Below the pieces are notes generated by a model. The model was not told the DNA's origin. It did no database searches and saw nothing but the letters and a program-made list of their open reading frames with translations. A program made the translations under genes and the position numbers. DNA of 63,564 nucleotides from an uncultured Dehalococcoidales bacterium (GTDB lineage: Bacteria > Chloroflexota > Dehalococcoidia > Dehalococcoidales > Fen-1064), in assembly GCA_964611805.1 (NCBI GenBank), contig CAZTBG010000001.1, positions 1 to 63,564 of the forward strand. Reading direction: 5' to 3'. This document shows positions 8,477-18,470 of the stretch, one piece after another; the first letter of the stretch is position 1; each line of letters starts with the position of its first letter.

Positions 8477-9385
8477 TCACTCCTGGCGCAGGCTGCATTC
8501 GAGCACGTGGCAAACGTGGCACTCAATCTGGCAGGGCTCGACATGGATGGTAATACTGGTGTTGGTCAGCCTTTCCTCGATGTCTTTCTCCAGGTGGTCA
8601 CACATGTCGTGGGCCTCTTCAACACTGGCGTTCTTGGGCATTACCAGGTGCAGGTCAATAAAACGCTGGTTGCCAGACTTCCGGCCACGGATGGCATGGA
8701 AACCGGCCAGCTGGCCGCGGTGTTCATTAATGCAGTCGACCAGTATTTTCTGCTCTTCTTCAGGCAGACGGACATCGGTCAACTCTATGACCGACTGCCG
8801 GATGACGTCGTAAGCGGCTTTCAGTATCAAACCGGCCACTCCTAGGGCAATAATCGGGTCGACAATATCCCACCCGGTTATGCGTATCACAGCCATCGCC
8901 ACCAGCACACCTGCTGCGGAATAGACATCGGCACTGATGTTACGGGCGGACGCCTCCAGCGCCAGCGAACCGGTTGCCCGCGATACCCGGTGCAGGTGAC
9001 GGGCAAGGATGATACTGACCACCACTGAGAGCGCCATCACACCGATTCCGGCCTCGGTCAACTCTACCATGGCACCATTGATAATCCGGATAATTGCGGA
9101 ATAGACTATTATGGCGGCTGCCGTCAGAATCAGCACCGCCTGCCCGATGGCGGCGATACCCTCCACTTTGCCATGCCCGAAGGGGTGACCTTCATCAGCC
9201 GGCATCACTGACATACGGACGGCGAAAAGAGTAATGGTGATACCAAACAGGTCAAGAAAGCTGTCCACCGCCTGGGCGGTGATACTGAGACTCCCGGTTA
9301 TCCACGCCACCACTACCTTGACAATAATCAGGACAATGACGGCGGATAAAGCCAGCCGGGCAGCACCGGTCCTCGTTGAGAACAT
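8477..9385 (-). CDS. cation diffusion facilitator (CDF) family metal efflux transporter
   Basis: 302 aa. AVDSFLDLF, HPFGHGKVE and a C-terminal cytoplasmic domain ending in the Cys/His-rich tail HVEPCQIECHVCHVLEC. Confidence 0.85.
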   Translation of the reverse strand: MFSTRTGAARLALSAVIVLIIVKVVVAWITGSLSITAQAVDSFLDLFGITITLFAVRMSVMPADEGHPFGHGKVEGIAAIGQAVLILTAAAIIVYSAIIRIINGAMVELTEAGIGVMALSVVVSIILARHLHRVSRATGSLALEASARNISADVYSAAGVLVAMAVIRITGWDIVDPIIALGVAGLILKAAYDVIRQSVIELTDVRLPEEEQKILVDCINEHRGQLAGFHAIRGRKSGNQRFIDLHLVMPKNASVEEAHDMCDHLEKDIEERLTNTSITIHVEPCQIECHVCHVLECSLRQE

Positions 9386-9392
9386 CTGACCA

Positions 9393-10337
9393 TTACCCCC
9401 TCCGGGCTCCCCCGGTAGTCAGAGACGGCCAACGGATGAAGCTGAACCACCCGCCTTTTTCCCAGACCACCAGCAACAGAGGCGCCACGAAGAGTGAGCT
9501 GTAGGTTCCAGAGATAACGCCAATCAACAGAACAATGGCAAAATTCTGAATCGATGCGCCAACAAACAGCACCAGTGCTATTACCACCACCAGTGTGGTC
9601 AGGCTGGTGTTTAGCGACCGGCCCAGTGTCTCCACCAGGCTGGTGTTGACCACAACCTCAAAGTCGGCGCTTATCCCCTGACGCAGGTTCTCCCTTACCC
9701 GGTCAAAGACGACCACGGTATTATTCACACTGTAGCCGATAACGGCCAGGATACCGGTGATAAACATCAGGTTGACTTCCCAGTTCATTATGCCGCCGAG
9801 CAGAGAGAAAATCCCCAGCACCACCACCACATCATGAACCAAGGCAACTATGGCACAGGTACCATAGCGGAAGGGGCTGGGCATTCTGCGAAACGCCCAG
9901 GTGATATAAAGAAGTATACCTACAGTAGCCACTGCCACAGCAATACCAGCTACCCTTGCTGTCCCCGTAGATACTTCAGACGATACCAATCGGAACTCCG
10001 GCTCCTCCTTCAGGCTGCCGAAAGTACTTACCAGACCGTCCAGAAGATGCTGTTGTTCTTCTTCGCTTAATTCTTGCGTGCGAATAAGGAACCCATCCTC
10101 AGCCCCTTCTTCGGTAAGTATGGTCTGCACAATGGCGCCTTCATAGCCAAGGTTAGCAAGGGTCTCCACCAGTTGCCCGCTATCTACGTCTTCTTCAAAG
10201 TTCACCCTGACTTCCAAGCCGCTGCTGAACTCGATGCCGAGCTTCAGGCCAAATACCAGCAGGAAAATAACACAGGCAAGTATTACTAAGCCTGAAAGGC
10301 AAAAGAACCATACCCGCTTGCCGACAATATCAAACAT
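9393..10337 (-). CDS. secF: protein translocase subunit SecF
   Basis: 314 aa with LGIEFSSG and VVFDRVRE motifs. Overlaps the secD stop. Confidence 0.9.
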   Translation of the reverse strand: MFDIVGKRVWFFCLSGLVILACVIFLLVFGLKLGIEFSSGLEVRVNFEEDVDSGQLVETLANLGYEGAIVQTILTEEGAEDGFLIRTQELSEEEQQHLLDGLVSTFGSLKEEPEFRLVSSEVSTGTARVAGIAVAVATVGILLYITWAFRRMPSPFRYGTCAIVALVHDVVVVLGIFSLLGGIMNWEVNLMFITGILAVIGYSVNNTVVVFDRVRENLRQGISADFEVVVNTSLVETLGRSLNTSLTTLVVVIALVLFVGASIQNFAIVLLIGVISGTYSSLFVAPLLLVVWEKGGWFSFIRWPSLTTGGARRG

Positions 10338-11889
10338 TTTTCCTTCCTGAATACGGAGTGAAGAGTTCAGTCCGCCTTCCCAACCGGGTGCCGACGAACA
10401 TACGTAACAGGGTCCGTGTTACCACAATAGCGGTAAACATGCTCACTGCCACGCCAATAAAAAGGGTCAGTGCGAAACCCATGACGGGTTCTCCCGCCAC
10501 TATACTGGCACCAACCCAGTATAGAATGATGCAGACAATGAAGGTGGTAACATTACTGTCACGAATAGCCGTCCATGCCCGGCTGAATCCAGCCTCGACA
10601 GCAGCCCCCAGTGTCCGCCCCGTTCTAATCTCCTCCTTCATCCGCTCGAAGATGAGCACGTTGGCATCGACGGCCATACCCAGAGACAGAACAAAGCCAC
10701 CGATACCTGCCAGCGTCAGGGTGACCGGTATCAGCTTGAAAAGGGCCAGGACCACTACCCCGTAAAAGACCAGGGCCAGACTGGCCAGAAGACCGGGTAT
10801 ACGATAGTAGACAATCATAAAAAGCACAACGAGTATGGCGCCAATTAACCCCGCCTTTAGACCCATATCGACCGAGATATTCCCCCGTGCAGCTGATACC
10901 AGGTCTTCGTAGAGTGGCTCATCGCTCAGGGGCATGGGCAATGAACCGGACTCAAGCAGATTGGCCAGACGAATTGCTTCCTGTGCCGTGAAATTACCGG
11001 TTATCTCGCCCCTGCCTTCTGCATACTCTGGATAAAGAATCTGAGGTGCGGACAGGAGTTCTTTATCCAGAAAGATGCCTAGGCAACGCTGGGGAGAATC
11101 ATACGGGCCGGAATAATATATCTTTGCAGCTACCTCGTTGAAAAGGTTTCCACCCTCTTCAGTCCAGACAATTCCAATCGTCATTTGACCGCTGCTTTGG
11201 TTCAGATTAGCATTGGCCTCTGACAGGAAAGCGCCAGTAAGTACAGTACCATCCTCTCCTCTAGCAGGAATCCAGCTCCGAAGTTTTCCGGGAATCTGTT
11301 TCAGTTCCTCTACATCAACTGGAGCGCCGTCAATATCAACGTAGGACAGATTGCCTTCCTCATCTTTGACAAGGATGGCAGCCGGTATACCCTGATTATA
11401 ACCTTCCTCTGCGAAGATGCGAGTGCCACTCTCATTCTCATCAAAGAACGCCGGCTCTTCAAGCTCCAGATAGCTACTGAGATATACGGGATTACCCTCA
11501 TCATCCAGTTCTACCATCCTGAATTCCAGGAAGCCAGTCTGTTTTACCAGCTTCTTAGCCTCCTCAATGTCAGTGAAACCGGGTAGTTTCACCGAGATAC
11601 ACTCCTCTCCACCAATCTCCACTTTCTGAATGGTAGGTTCAGTGACACCATATCTATCGATTCGGGTCCGGATGACCTCAAGTGCTCTATCAATACCCTG
11701 TGCCCGCTCCTCAGCTGTGGTCCCTTCAGGAAACTCGGCCTTATATACCAGAGACACACCCCCGGCAAGGTCAAGCCCCAATTGCGTTCCCTTCTTACCC
11801 AGTATCCCTTCATCGAAGGGAAATACCACCAGCACCGCCAGAATGAAAACGATTATTATGCTGATGAAAATCCAGGTGTTCCTTCTCAT
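10330..11889 (-). CDS. secD: protein translocase subunit SecD
   Basis: 519 aa. LGLDLAGGVSLVY, large periplasmic domain, and C-terminal GFVLSLGMAVDANVLIFERMKEE. Confidence 0.9.
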   Translation of the reverse strand: MRRNTWIFISIIIVFILAVLVVFPFDEGILGKKGTQLGLDLAGGVSLVYKAEFPEGTTAEERAQGIDRALEVIRTRIDRYGVTEPTIQKVEIGGEECISVKLPGFTDIEEAKKLVKQTGFLEFRMVELDDEGNPVYLSSYLELEEPAFFDENESGTRIFAEEGYNQGIPAAILVKDEEGNLSYVDIDGAPVDVEELKQIPGKLRSWIPARGEDGTVLTGAFLSEANANLNQSSGQMTIGIVWTEEGGNLFNEVAAKIYYSGPYDSPQRCLGIFLDKELLSAPQILYPEYAEGRGEITGNFTAQEAIRLANLLESGSLPMPLSDEPLYEDLVSAARGNISVDMGLKAGLIGAILVVLFMIVYYRIPGLLASLALVFYGVVVLALFKLIPVTLTLAGIGGFVLSLGMAVDANVLIFERMKEEIRTGRTLGAAVEAGFSRAWTAIRDSNVTTFIVCIILYWVGASIVAGEPVMGFALTLFIGVAVSMFTAIVVTRTLLRMFVGTRLGRRTELFTPYSGRKNV

Positions 11890-13421
11890 GTATTTCCCTC
11901 GGTAGACAAGCGATTCCGGACATACTCCAGCGCCTCCTCCCGGCTGGTTATCTCGCCGACAGCCTGTGCCTCACGTACTGCCTCAAGGAGTTCTCCGAGG
12001 TCGGGGCCGGGGCTGAGCCCGAAGATATTAATCAGGTCATGCCCGTCAACCAGCTTCACGGGACGGACCTGCTTTTGCTGTTCGTAGTACTGCTTGAGAA
12101 CGTAATCAACGATGTGGGTATGCTCCTGCCAACCAGCCCGGTCGAGGTGCGGGCCTCTGGTCGCGAGGTGGTCAGCCATACTGAGAAAGAGGGTATCAAT
12201 ACCAGCCTCGCCGGCATCACGGAAGTAACGATAAATCGCCCGGTGGGTGGGCAACCCCTCCTGGCTCATCTGCATCGGCCTGAGATGATACTTCACCATG
12301 GTCTCGACCAGCCTGGTCTCTTTCGTACTGAATCTCAGCCTCTCCAGGACAGCAACCGCTATCGACGCTCCCTCCCGGGCATGTCCCAGGAAGCGCATCC
12401 GTCCGTCAGGTTCAATAGTCTTCGTCTGTGGTTTGGCGACGTCATGCAACAGTGCCGCCAGCCTGAGGAGTGCCCCTCCGGTGCTACCACTGCTTACCTC
12501 CCGCTCAAAATGTCGGGCGAGCCCGGCCGACCAGGGAACAGTCGCCAGCAACTCTCCGTCGGCATGCTCCCAGTCCCCCTGCTGGAGGAGAAAATCGACG
12601 GCCTGCACTGTCTTCAGAGAATGACCGAAGACATCCCAGAAGTGTTCCCTGGGCTGCTCAACACCCTTTAGCACTACCAACTCCGGGAGCACAGCCGTCA
12701 ACAGTCCCAACCTATCCAAATAGACAACAAACCGTCCGCTGCCAGGCAAGACAAGGAGACGGAGCAGTTCTTCCCTCACCCGCTCACCGGCAATACCGGA
12801 CACCAGATAAGCGTGCCGGCGAATCTGTGACTCAGTGTCACTGTCGACGCTGAAACCGAGTTCAGCGGCAAGGCGTACTGCCCGCAGGAGACGGACGGCA
12901 TCAGCCTCAAAAATTGCCTCACTGACACCCCGAACCAACCCCCGCTCAAGGTCTTCACAGCCGTTGTAAGGGTCAATCAGCCGTACGTTTCGTGAGTCTC
13001 TAATCAGGTGGCCTATATCAATTGCCATCGCATCTATCGTGAAATCGCGCCTCGCCAGGTCCTGCTCGATGTCGCCTTCGTAGGAAGAGAAATCTAGCTG
13101 CCAACGGCCCTCAGCCGCTTTCCCCTCAGCAAAAATTACCCTGGCTACCCCAAAAGCCTCGTCCAGCAGGACATATTTACCATTCAGGGCATCAGCCACC
13201 CGACGAGCAATTTCGAGTGCATCGGCGGCGACGGCGATATCAATGTCAGGTGTAGGCCGACCAAGCAGCGTGTCACGCACGAATCCACCAACGACATATC
13301 CCCGTACTCCGGACTCGCTGAGAAGCCCACTTATCCGGCTTAAGACTGGCATGGCACCGGACTCGGTTAAATTTCCTAAGAATTCCTTACTTACCTTTTT
13401 GGTTAAATCGAGTCCCATCAT
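11886..13421 (-). CDS. cca: CCA-adding tRNA nucleotidyltransferase with HD domain
   Basis: GGFVRDTLLGRPTPDIDIAV (pol-beta head) and LLHDVAKP (HD). The start is chosen at the MMGLDL methionines (13421). The ORF track extends to 13478. The 3' end overlaps the secD start by 4 nt. Confidence 0.85.
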   Translation of the reverse strand: MMGLDLTKKVSKEFLGNLTESGAMPVLSRISGLLSESGVRGYVVGGFVRDTLLGRPTPDIDIAVAADALEIARRVADALNGKYVLLDEAFGVARVIFAEGKAAEGRWQLDFSSYEGDIEQDLARRDFTIDAMAIDIGHLIRDSRNVRLIDPYNGCEDLERGLVRGVSEAIFEADAVRLLRAVRLAAELGFSVDSDTESQIRRHAYLVSGIAGERVREELLRLLVLPGSGRFVVYLDRLGLLTAVLPELVVLKGVEQPREHFWDVFGHSLKTVQAVDFLLQQGDWEHADGELLATVPWSAGLARHFEREVSSGSTGGALLRLAALLHDVAKPQTKTIEPDGRMRFLGHAREGASIAVAVLERLRFSTKETRLVETMVKYHLRPMQMSQEGLPTHRAIYRYFRDAGEAGIDTLFLSMADHLATRGPHLDRAGWQEHTHIVDYVLKQYYEQQKQVRPVKLVDGHDLINIFGLSPGPDLGELLEAVREAQAVGEITSREEALEYVRNRLSTEGNT

Positions 13422-13539
13422 CTTGTTTCCAACCCCTGTGAAAAAACAGGCCGCATGTTCCAAGCAGGCCCAGGTCAATCAACACTATACCCTTAGTCTG
13501 CCGATTTATCAAGGGGGTTAGACCCACTTTGATTTTCCC

Positions 13540-13569
13540 TTGATTTTACCGAATTGCGTGTGGTATACT
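13540..13569 (+). promoter_or_regulatory. candidate sigma70-type promoter of the nuo operon
   Basis: TTGATT, 18 nt, TATACT. GGGAGG lies 7 nt before the TTG start of nuoA. Confidence 0.35.
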
Positions 13570-13600
13570 TTTCTCTGGTTTGTGACCAGGGAGGCATTAG

Positions 13601-13972
13601 TTGCTAGCAAACTTCGGCTTCGTTGGACTGTTCATAATCGCTGCCATTGCCTTTAGCTGTTTACTCGTTATTATCCCGGTAGCTCTCAGGTTCCTCAAAC
13701 TGGTACCCCACAACCCCAATCCTATCAAGAATGCTTCCTTCGAATGCGGCATGGAGACGATTGGCAAGACGTGGGTGCAGTTCAACATCCACTACTACTT
13801 CTATGCCCTGATATTCCTTGCCCTGGATATCCTGGCGGTCTTCCTCTACCCATGGGCAGTCCAGCTGAGGGAACTGGGGACTTTTGGCCTCAGCGGCGTG
13901 GTCATTTTTATTGTCATCATCCTGGTTGCGTACGTCTATGCGTGGCAGAAGAAGGTCCTGGAATGGAAATAA
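13601..13972 (+). CDS. nuoA: NADH-quinone oxidoreductase subunit A
   Basis: 123 aa. SFECGME..YYFYALIFLALDILAVFLYPWA. Confidence 0.9.
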   Translation: MLANFGFVGLFIIAAIAFSCLLVIIPVALRFLKLVPHNPNPIKNASFECGMETIGKTWVQFNIHYYFYALIFLALDILAVFLYPWAVQLRELGTFGLSGVVIFIVIILVAYVYAWQKKVLEWK

Positions 13973-14586
13973 GCAGGGGCAGAGAACACTTATACTCGGA
14001 TGCAGAACTTGACCTGGTTGAAGGACAGATAATTGAGGACCTGAAGGCATCCAGTCAAGAACCAATCCCTGACCCTGATAGCTGGCTGGACGAAGAACTG
14101 AGCCAGAATGTCCTGCTAACCAAGCTGGACTGGATAATCAACTGGGGACGGCGTTCCTCGATGTGGCCGGTTATCTGCTTCCCGGCCTGCTGCGCCTTTG
14201 AGTTCATTTCCGTGATGGGCCCCCGCTTTGACATGGGACGCTTTGGCATGGAAGTCCTGCGCGCCTCGCCTCGCCAGGCAGACCTGCTAATTACCGCAGG
14301 CACGCTGACCTGGAAGATGGCACCCAATGTGAGGCGGATATACAACCAGATGGCTGAGCCGAAATGGGTTATCGCCATGGGTGCTTGTGGCATCAGTGGT
14401 GGCATCTTTCGTTCGTCGTATAACGTAGTCCCCGGATACAACCGCATTATTCCGGTCGACGTCTACGTACCCGGTTGTCCACCGCGTCCGGAAGCCCTGC
14501 TGCACGGCATACAGATGTTGCAGGAGAAAATTGCCAGAAGAAACAACTTCATCAGGAATAGCCAACCTCAAAATGATGGCGGATAA
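13963..14586 (+). CDS. nuoB: NADH-quinone oxidoreductase subunit B (about 45-aa N-terminal extension)
   Basis: SMWPVICFPACCAFEF, MGACGISGG and VPGCPPRPEAL are the N2 cluster ligand motifs. The start ATG at 13963 overlaps the nuoA stop. The 13744 start in the track lies inside nuoA. Confidence 0.9.
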   Translation: MEISRGREHLYSDAELDLVEGQIIEDLKASSQEPIPDPDSWLDEELSQNVLLTKLDWIINWGRRSSMWPVICFPACCAFEFISVMGPRFDMGRFGMEVLRASPRQADLLITAGTLTWKMAPNVRRIYNQMAEPKWVIAMGACGISGGIFRSSYNVVPGYNRIIPVDVYVPGCPPRPEALLHGIQMLQEKIARRNNFIRNSQPQNDGG

Positions 14587-14618
14587 TGTCGCTGAATCCC
14601 GAATAAGGAGTTAGACCA

Positions 14619-14813
14619 GTGACAAAGTTCAATGTAGGTGACAGAGTCAGGGTCCTCGATAGGCCGGGCTGGCCCGGGGGATATAAGATAGCCAACTGGG
14701 AGGGCCAGATTATCGAAGTGAAAGAGGACCCACTGGGTTACGTCATCATGCGGGCCGACAAGACCGGCTATGACATGGCATTCCCAGAGACCGAACTGGA
14801 GAAGATACAATAG
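14619..14813 (+). CDS. small SH3-like protein (PsaE/NdhS-like sequence pattern) inside the nuo operon
   Basis: 64 aa. The GTG start is preceded by AAGGAG at good spacing. Sequence is VGDRVRVLDRPGWP..WEGQIIEV..GYVIMRADKTGYDMAFPETELEKI. It sits between nuoB and nuoC on the same strand. Confidence 0.6.
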   Translation: MTKFNVGDRVRVLDRPGWPGGYKIANWEGQIIEVKEDPLGYVIMRADKTGYDMAFPETELEKIQ

Positions 14814-14833
14814 CTGCGGGCCAATAATAAAAA

Positions 14834-15271
14834 ATGACTACCTCTCTCTTAGCTTCAGAAGTTGCCAAGCAAATAAGCGAACGCCTGCCCGGTGCGGTTG
14901 TAGAAGCCAGCGATACCGCTATTCTGGTAGTCGGTAGTTCGCTATTAGATGTAGCTACTTTCCTCAAGGATACCGCCGGGCTTGACTTCGACTACCTGAC
15001 CACAATCACGGCGGTCGATTACTACCAGTATTTCGAGGTTATCTACCTGTTCGTCTCCATGGAGCATAACCACAACCTGTTTGTGAAAACCCGCTGCCCC
15101 CGAGAAAACCCCTCATTACCCTCGCTGGTCAGCCTGTGGCGCAGCGCTGACCACCAGGAACGGGAAATTTACGACCTTATGGGAATCACCTTTGAAGGTC
15201 ATCCGAATATGAAACGAATCGTCCTCTGGCCGGAGTTCCAGGGACATCCGCTACGGAAGGACTACCTGTAA
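14834..15271 (+). CDS. nuoC: NADH-quinone oxidoreductase subunit C
   Basis: 145 aa. HQEREIYDLMGITFEGHPNMKRIVLWPEFQGHPLRKDY. Confidence 0.9.
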   Translation: MTTSLLASEVAKQISERLPGAVVEASDTAILVVGSSLLDVATFLKDTAGLDFDYLTTITAVDYYQYFEVIYLFVSMEHNHNLFVKTRCPRENPSLPSLVSLWRSADHQEREIYDLMGITFEGHPNMKRIVLWPEFQGHPLRKDYL

Positions 15272-16375
15272 ATGCAGTTGAGAACCGAGCCGTTTGTCCT
15301 CAATATCGGGCCGGTGCACCCGAGCACCCATGGGGTGTTCCGCATGAGGGCCACCCTCGACGGGGAAGTCGTTGTTGACCTCGAACCGGTCTTCGGTTAC
15401 CTGCACCGCGGCATTGAAAAGCTGGCCGAGGAGCGTACTTATGGTGGGGTCATCCCGCTAACGGACCGGCTCGACTACGTGGCTTCGGTAACCAACAACC
15501 TGGGCTATGTCCTCGCCGTAGAGAAGCTTGCCGGTATTTCCGTGCCTGAGCGGGCCGAATACATCCGGGTTATCACCTCCGAAATGCAGCGTATAGCCGC
15601 CCACCTGGTATCGGTCGGTTCCTTCCTAAACGATGCCGGTGCCTACTTTACCCCATTCCTCTACATGTACCGCGAGCGGGAGAACATTGTAGACCTCTTT
15701 GACATGGTCTGCGGTCAGCGCCTTCTCTACAGCTACATGCGCATCGGCGGTGTCAGCCAGGACCTCCCTGATGAATTTTTGCCGGCCCTGCGTAAATTTA
15801 TCCCCCGCATGCGCTCACGCATTGACGAGTATGACTGGCTCCTCAAGGAGAATGAAATTCTACTGGCCCGCGCCAAGGGTGTGGGCGTACTGCCGCGAGA
15901 AACGGCGATTAACATCGGGGCCAGCGGACCGGTGCTCCGTGGTAGTGGGGTTAAATGGGACCTGCGCAAGGCAGACCCCTACTCCGTGTATGACCGCTTC
16001 GAGTTCGATATCCCAACCGGTGAGATTGGCGACTGCTACGACCGCTACCGGGTGAGGATCGAGGAGATGCGCCAGAGCCTGCGTATTATTGAGCAGGCAG
16101 TTAAGCAGATACCTCCCGGAGAGGTACGGAGCGAAGTGCCACATCTATTACGGCCACCGGCGGGTGAAGCCTATGCCCACGTGGAGGGAGCCACGGGAGA
16201 GGTAGGCTTTCATGTGGTCTCCGATGGCTCCATTGCCCCGTACCGGTGCCACATCCGGGCACCCAGTCTGATGAACCTGACAGCACTCAAAGATATGATT
16301 GTCGGCTGGAAGGTCCAGGACCTGATACTCATCTTCGGCAGCTTTGCTATCACCATGGGCGAGGTTGACAGATAA
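15272..16375 (+). CDS. nuoD: NADH-quinone oxidoreductase subunit D
   Basis: 367 aa. NIGPVHPSTHGVFR, YLHRGIEKLAE and C-terminal RAPSLMNL..GEVDR. Confidence 0.95.
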   Translation: MQLRTEPFVLNIGPVHPSTHGVFRMRATLDGEVVVDLEPVFGYLHRGIEKLAEERTYGGVIPLTDRLDYVASVTNNLGYVLAVEKLAGISVPERAEYIRVITSEMQRIAAHLVSVGSFLNDAGAYFTPFLYMYRERENIVDLFDMVCGQRLLYSYMRIGGVSQDLPDEFLPALRKFIPRMRSRIDEYDWLLKENEILLARAKGVGVLPRETAINIGASGPVLRGSGVKWDLRKADPYSVYDRFEFDIPTGEIGDCYDRYRVRIEEMRQSLRIIEQAVKQIPPGEVRSEVPHLLRPPAGEAYAHVEGATGEVGFHVVSDGSIAPYRCHIRAPSLMNLTALKDMIVGWKVQDLILIFGSFAITMGEVDR

Positions 16376-17499
16376 TGATAGTCCCGAATATCACGGTTGA
16401 TGCTTTACGCCACTTTGCACCCGTATCTCCGGACTGGCCGGGCAACGAGTGGTGGCACTGGCTGGTATTCACGGTCATCCTCATAGTATTTATCCTGGTG
16501 ATGGTCATCATCTTCATCTGGCTGGAACGCAGGATTATCGCATGGTTTGCAGCGAGAATCGGCCCCAACCGGACCGGCCCTTTCGGAATTTTTCAGAACA
16601 TCGCTGCCGCCCTCAAGCTGCTGCTCAAGGAGGGGATAAACCCGACAAACGCTGATATAATTATCTTCTGGCTGGCGCCGATAGTGGCCTTCGCCCCGGT
16701 AATCATCGTTCTTGCGGTGGTCCCCTTCCAGAATGGTGCCCTGCTGGCTGACCTGAACATAGGTATCCTCTTCGTTGTCGCAATCAGCTCGATTTCCACC
16801 ATCGGTATTTTTATGGCCGGCTGGAGCTCGAGCAATAAGTATTCGATGCTGGGCGCGATGCGTATGATAGCAGCCGTGGTCAGCTACGAGATTCCCGTAG
16901 TATTAGCCCTGGCCGGCGTCGTCCTGCTGGCCGGTTCGCTGTCGCTCAACGACATCGTAATAGCACAGGAGCGTGTGCCATTTATCGTGCTACAGCCTCT
17001 TGGCTTCCTGCTCCTCTTCGTTGGCGGCTGCGCCGAAATAAACCGCAGCCCCTTTGACCTGATGGAGGCGGACTCCGAGCTTGTGGCTGGTTTCCACACC
17101 GAGTATTCAGGTATAAAGTGGGCCATGTTTTTCCTGGGAGAGTTCGGCGAGATGGTGGTCATGTCAACCCTAATCGCCACACTGTTCCTCGGTGGCTGGC
17201 AGGGACCAGCTCTACCGCCGTGGCTTTGGTTGTTGATAAAGATATTCATAGTGGACTTTGTCATGATATGGACCCGGGCCACGCTGCCGCGTGTCCGGAT
17301 AGACCAGTTGATGGCACTGGCCTGGAAGTTCATGTTCCCGCTGGCCCTGGTGAACCTGATTATAACGGCGATACAGGTACTTGCCTGGCCGGATGCCCTG
17401 CCACTTTACGTGATACCGATTAACTGGGCTATTACAATCATACTGGTGCTGCTGGGAAGCAAGCTCTTTAAGGTAGGATGGGGTAGAGTTGAAGTTTGA
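16375..17499 (+). CDS. nuoH: NADH-quinone oxidoreductase subunit H
   Basis: 374 aa polytopic protein. GPFGIFQNIAAALKLL and CAEINRSPFDLMEADSELVAGFHTEYSG. It follows nuoD directly, so no nuoEFG is present. Confidence 0.95.
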   Translation: MIVPNITVDALRHFAPVSPDWPGNEWWHWLVFTVILIVFILVMVIIFIWLERRIIAWFAARIGPNRTGPFGIFQNIAAALKLLLKEGINPTNADIIIFWLAPIVAFAPVIIVLAVVPFQNGALLADLNIGILFVVAISSISTIGIFMAGWSSSNKYSMLGAMRMIAAVVSYEIPVVLALAGVVLLAGSLSLNDIVIAQERVPFIVLQPLGFLLLFVGGCAEINRSPFDLMEADSELVAGFHTEYSGIKWAMFFLGEFGEMVVMSTLIATLFLGGWQGPALPPWLWLLIKIFIVDFVMIWTRATLPRVRIDQLMALAWKFMFPLALVNLIITAIQVLAWPDALPLYVIPINWAITIILVLLGSKLFKVGWGRVEV

Positions 17500-17971
17500 A
17501 CGATACGGGATTGGCATTGCCAAGGGCCTCACGGTAACCATGAGGAACCTGCTGCGGCGCCGGATAACCACACAGTACCCGGAGCAGAGGCTAACGGTAT
17601 CGCGCCGCACCCGCGGCAATGAACTGGTCTGGAGCAAAGAAAAATGCACCGGCTGCGCTACCTGCGCCAGGACCTGCCCGCAAGGAGTAATCCATATAGT
17701 GACGTCCCCCGGCGAGGAGAACCGCTACAATGTTGAAGTATTCGAAGTAGACACCGGATACTGCATATCGTGTGGCCTGTGTGTTGAGGCCTGCCCCTAC
17801 GATGCCCTCTTCATGGGCTATGCCTTCGAACTGGCTAAGTACCGGCGCGGGGAACTGGTGCTTTCCCGAGATGATATGTTGATAGAGAATAAACAGGCAA
17901 GCGCCTATTTCCACCCCGAAAATGCCGAGGCCCTGCCCAAGCAAGAACTGTTAATAGACCGGAAGGAGTAA
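17489..17971 (+). CDS. nuoI: NADH-quinone oxidoreductase subunit I (2x[4Fe-4S])
   Basis: CTGCATCARTCP and CISCGLCVEACP. Confidence 0.9.
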   Translation: MKFERYGIGIAKGLTVTMRNLLRRRITTQYPEQRLTVSRRTRGNELVWSKEKCTGCATCARTCPQGVIHIVTSPGEENRYNVEVFEVDTGYCISCGLCVEACPYDALFMGYAFELAKYRRGELVLSRDDMLIENKQASAYFHPENAEALPKQELLIDRKE

Positions 17972-17978
17972 AAGAGCG

Positions 17979-18467
17979 ATGGCAATGGACTTCGCCTTCT
18001 GGCTGCTGGCCATCGTCAGTGTAGCCGCTGCACTGGCGGTAGTACTGCTGCGTGACGTCTTCCGGGCAGCGCTTGCGCTGGTACTGTGCTTTATCATGGT
18101 GGCCGGCCTCTATGTTACTCTAAGCGCCGATTTTCTGGCGGCGGTGCAGATTCTGGTCTACGTTGGTGCCATTTCAATACTGCTTATCCTGGGTATAATG
18201 CTCACGCGTGACGTCCAGCGTGGCAGTCCGCCCAACAAGCTGCGCTTCCCGGCCTTACTGGTAGCCCTGCTATTTATTGGAACGGCCATTTTTGCTGTGT
18301 TCAATACCCCGTGGGGAATATCGGCAGGGGCGCCGGTGGAGCCAACTACCGCCACATTAGCGGGTAAGCTTTTCGGTGAAAACGGCTATATCCTTACGGT
18401 AGAGATTGCCGCCGTCCTTCTGCTGGCGGCAATCATCGGGGCCATTGTTCTGGTGAGGGAGAAGTAA
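17979..18467 (+). CDS. nuoJ: NADH-quinone oxidoreductase subunit J
   Basis: 162-aa membrane protein. AVQILVYVGAISILLI. Operon position fits nuoJ. Confidence 0.85.
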   Translation: MAMDFAFWLLAIVSVAAALAVVLLRDVFRAALALVLCFIMVAGLYVTLSADFLAAVQILVYVGAISILLILGIMLTRDVQRGSPPNKLRFPALLVALLFIGTAIFAVFNTPWGISAGAPVEPTTATLAGKLFGENGYILTVEIAAVLLLAAIIGAIVLVREK

Positions 18468-18470
18468 AGT

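Noticed and set aside
13744-13962. Upstream extension of the nuoB ORF (track start 13744).
   Set aside because: It overlaps the well-supported nuoA frame. The NuoB-like sequence begins only after the ATG at 13963, which overlaps the nuoA stop.
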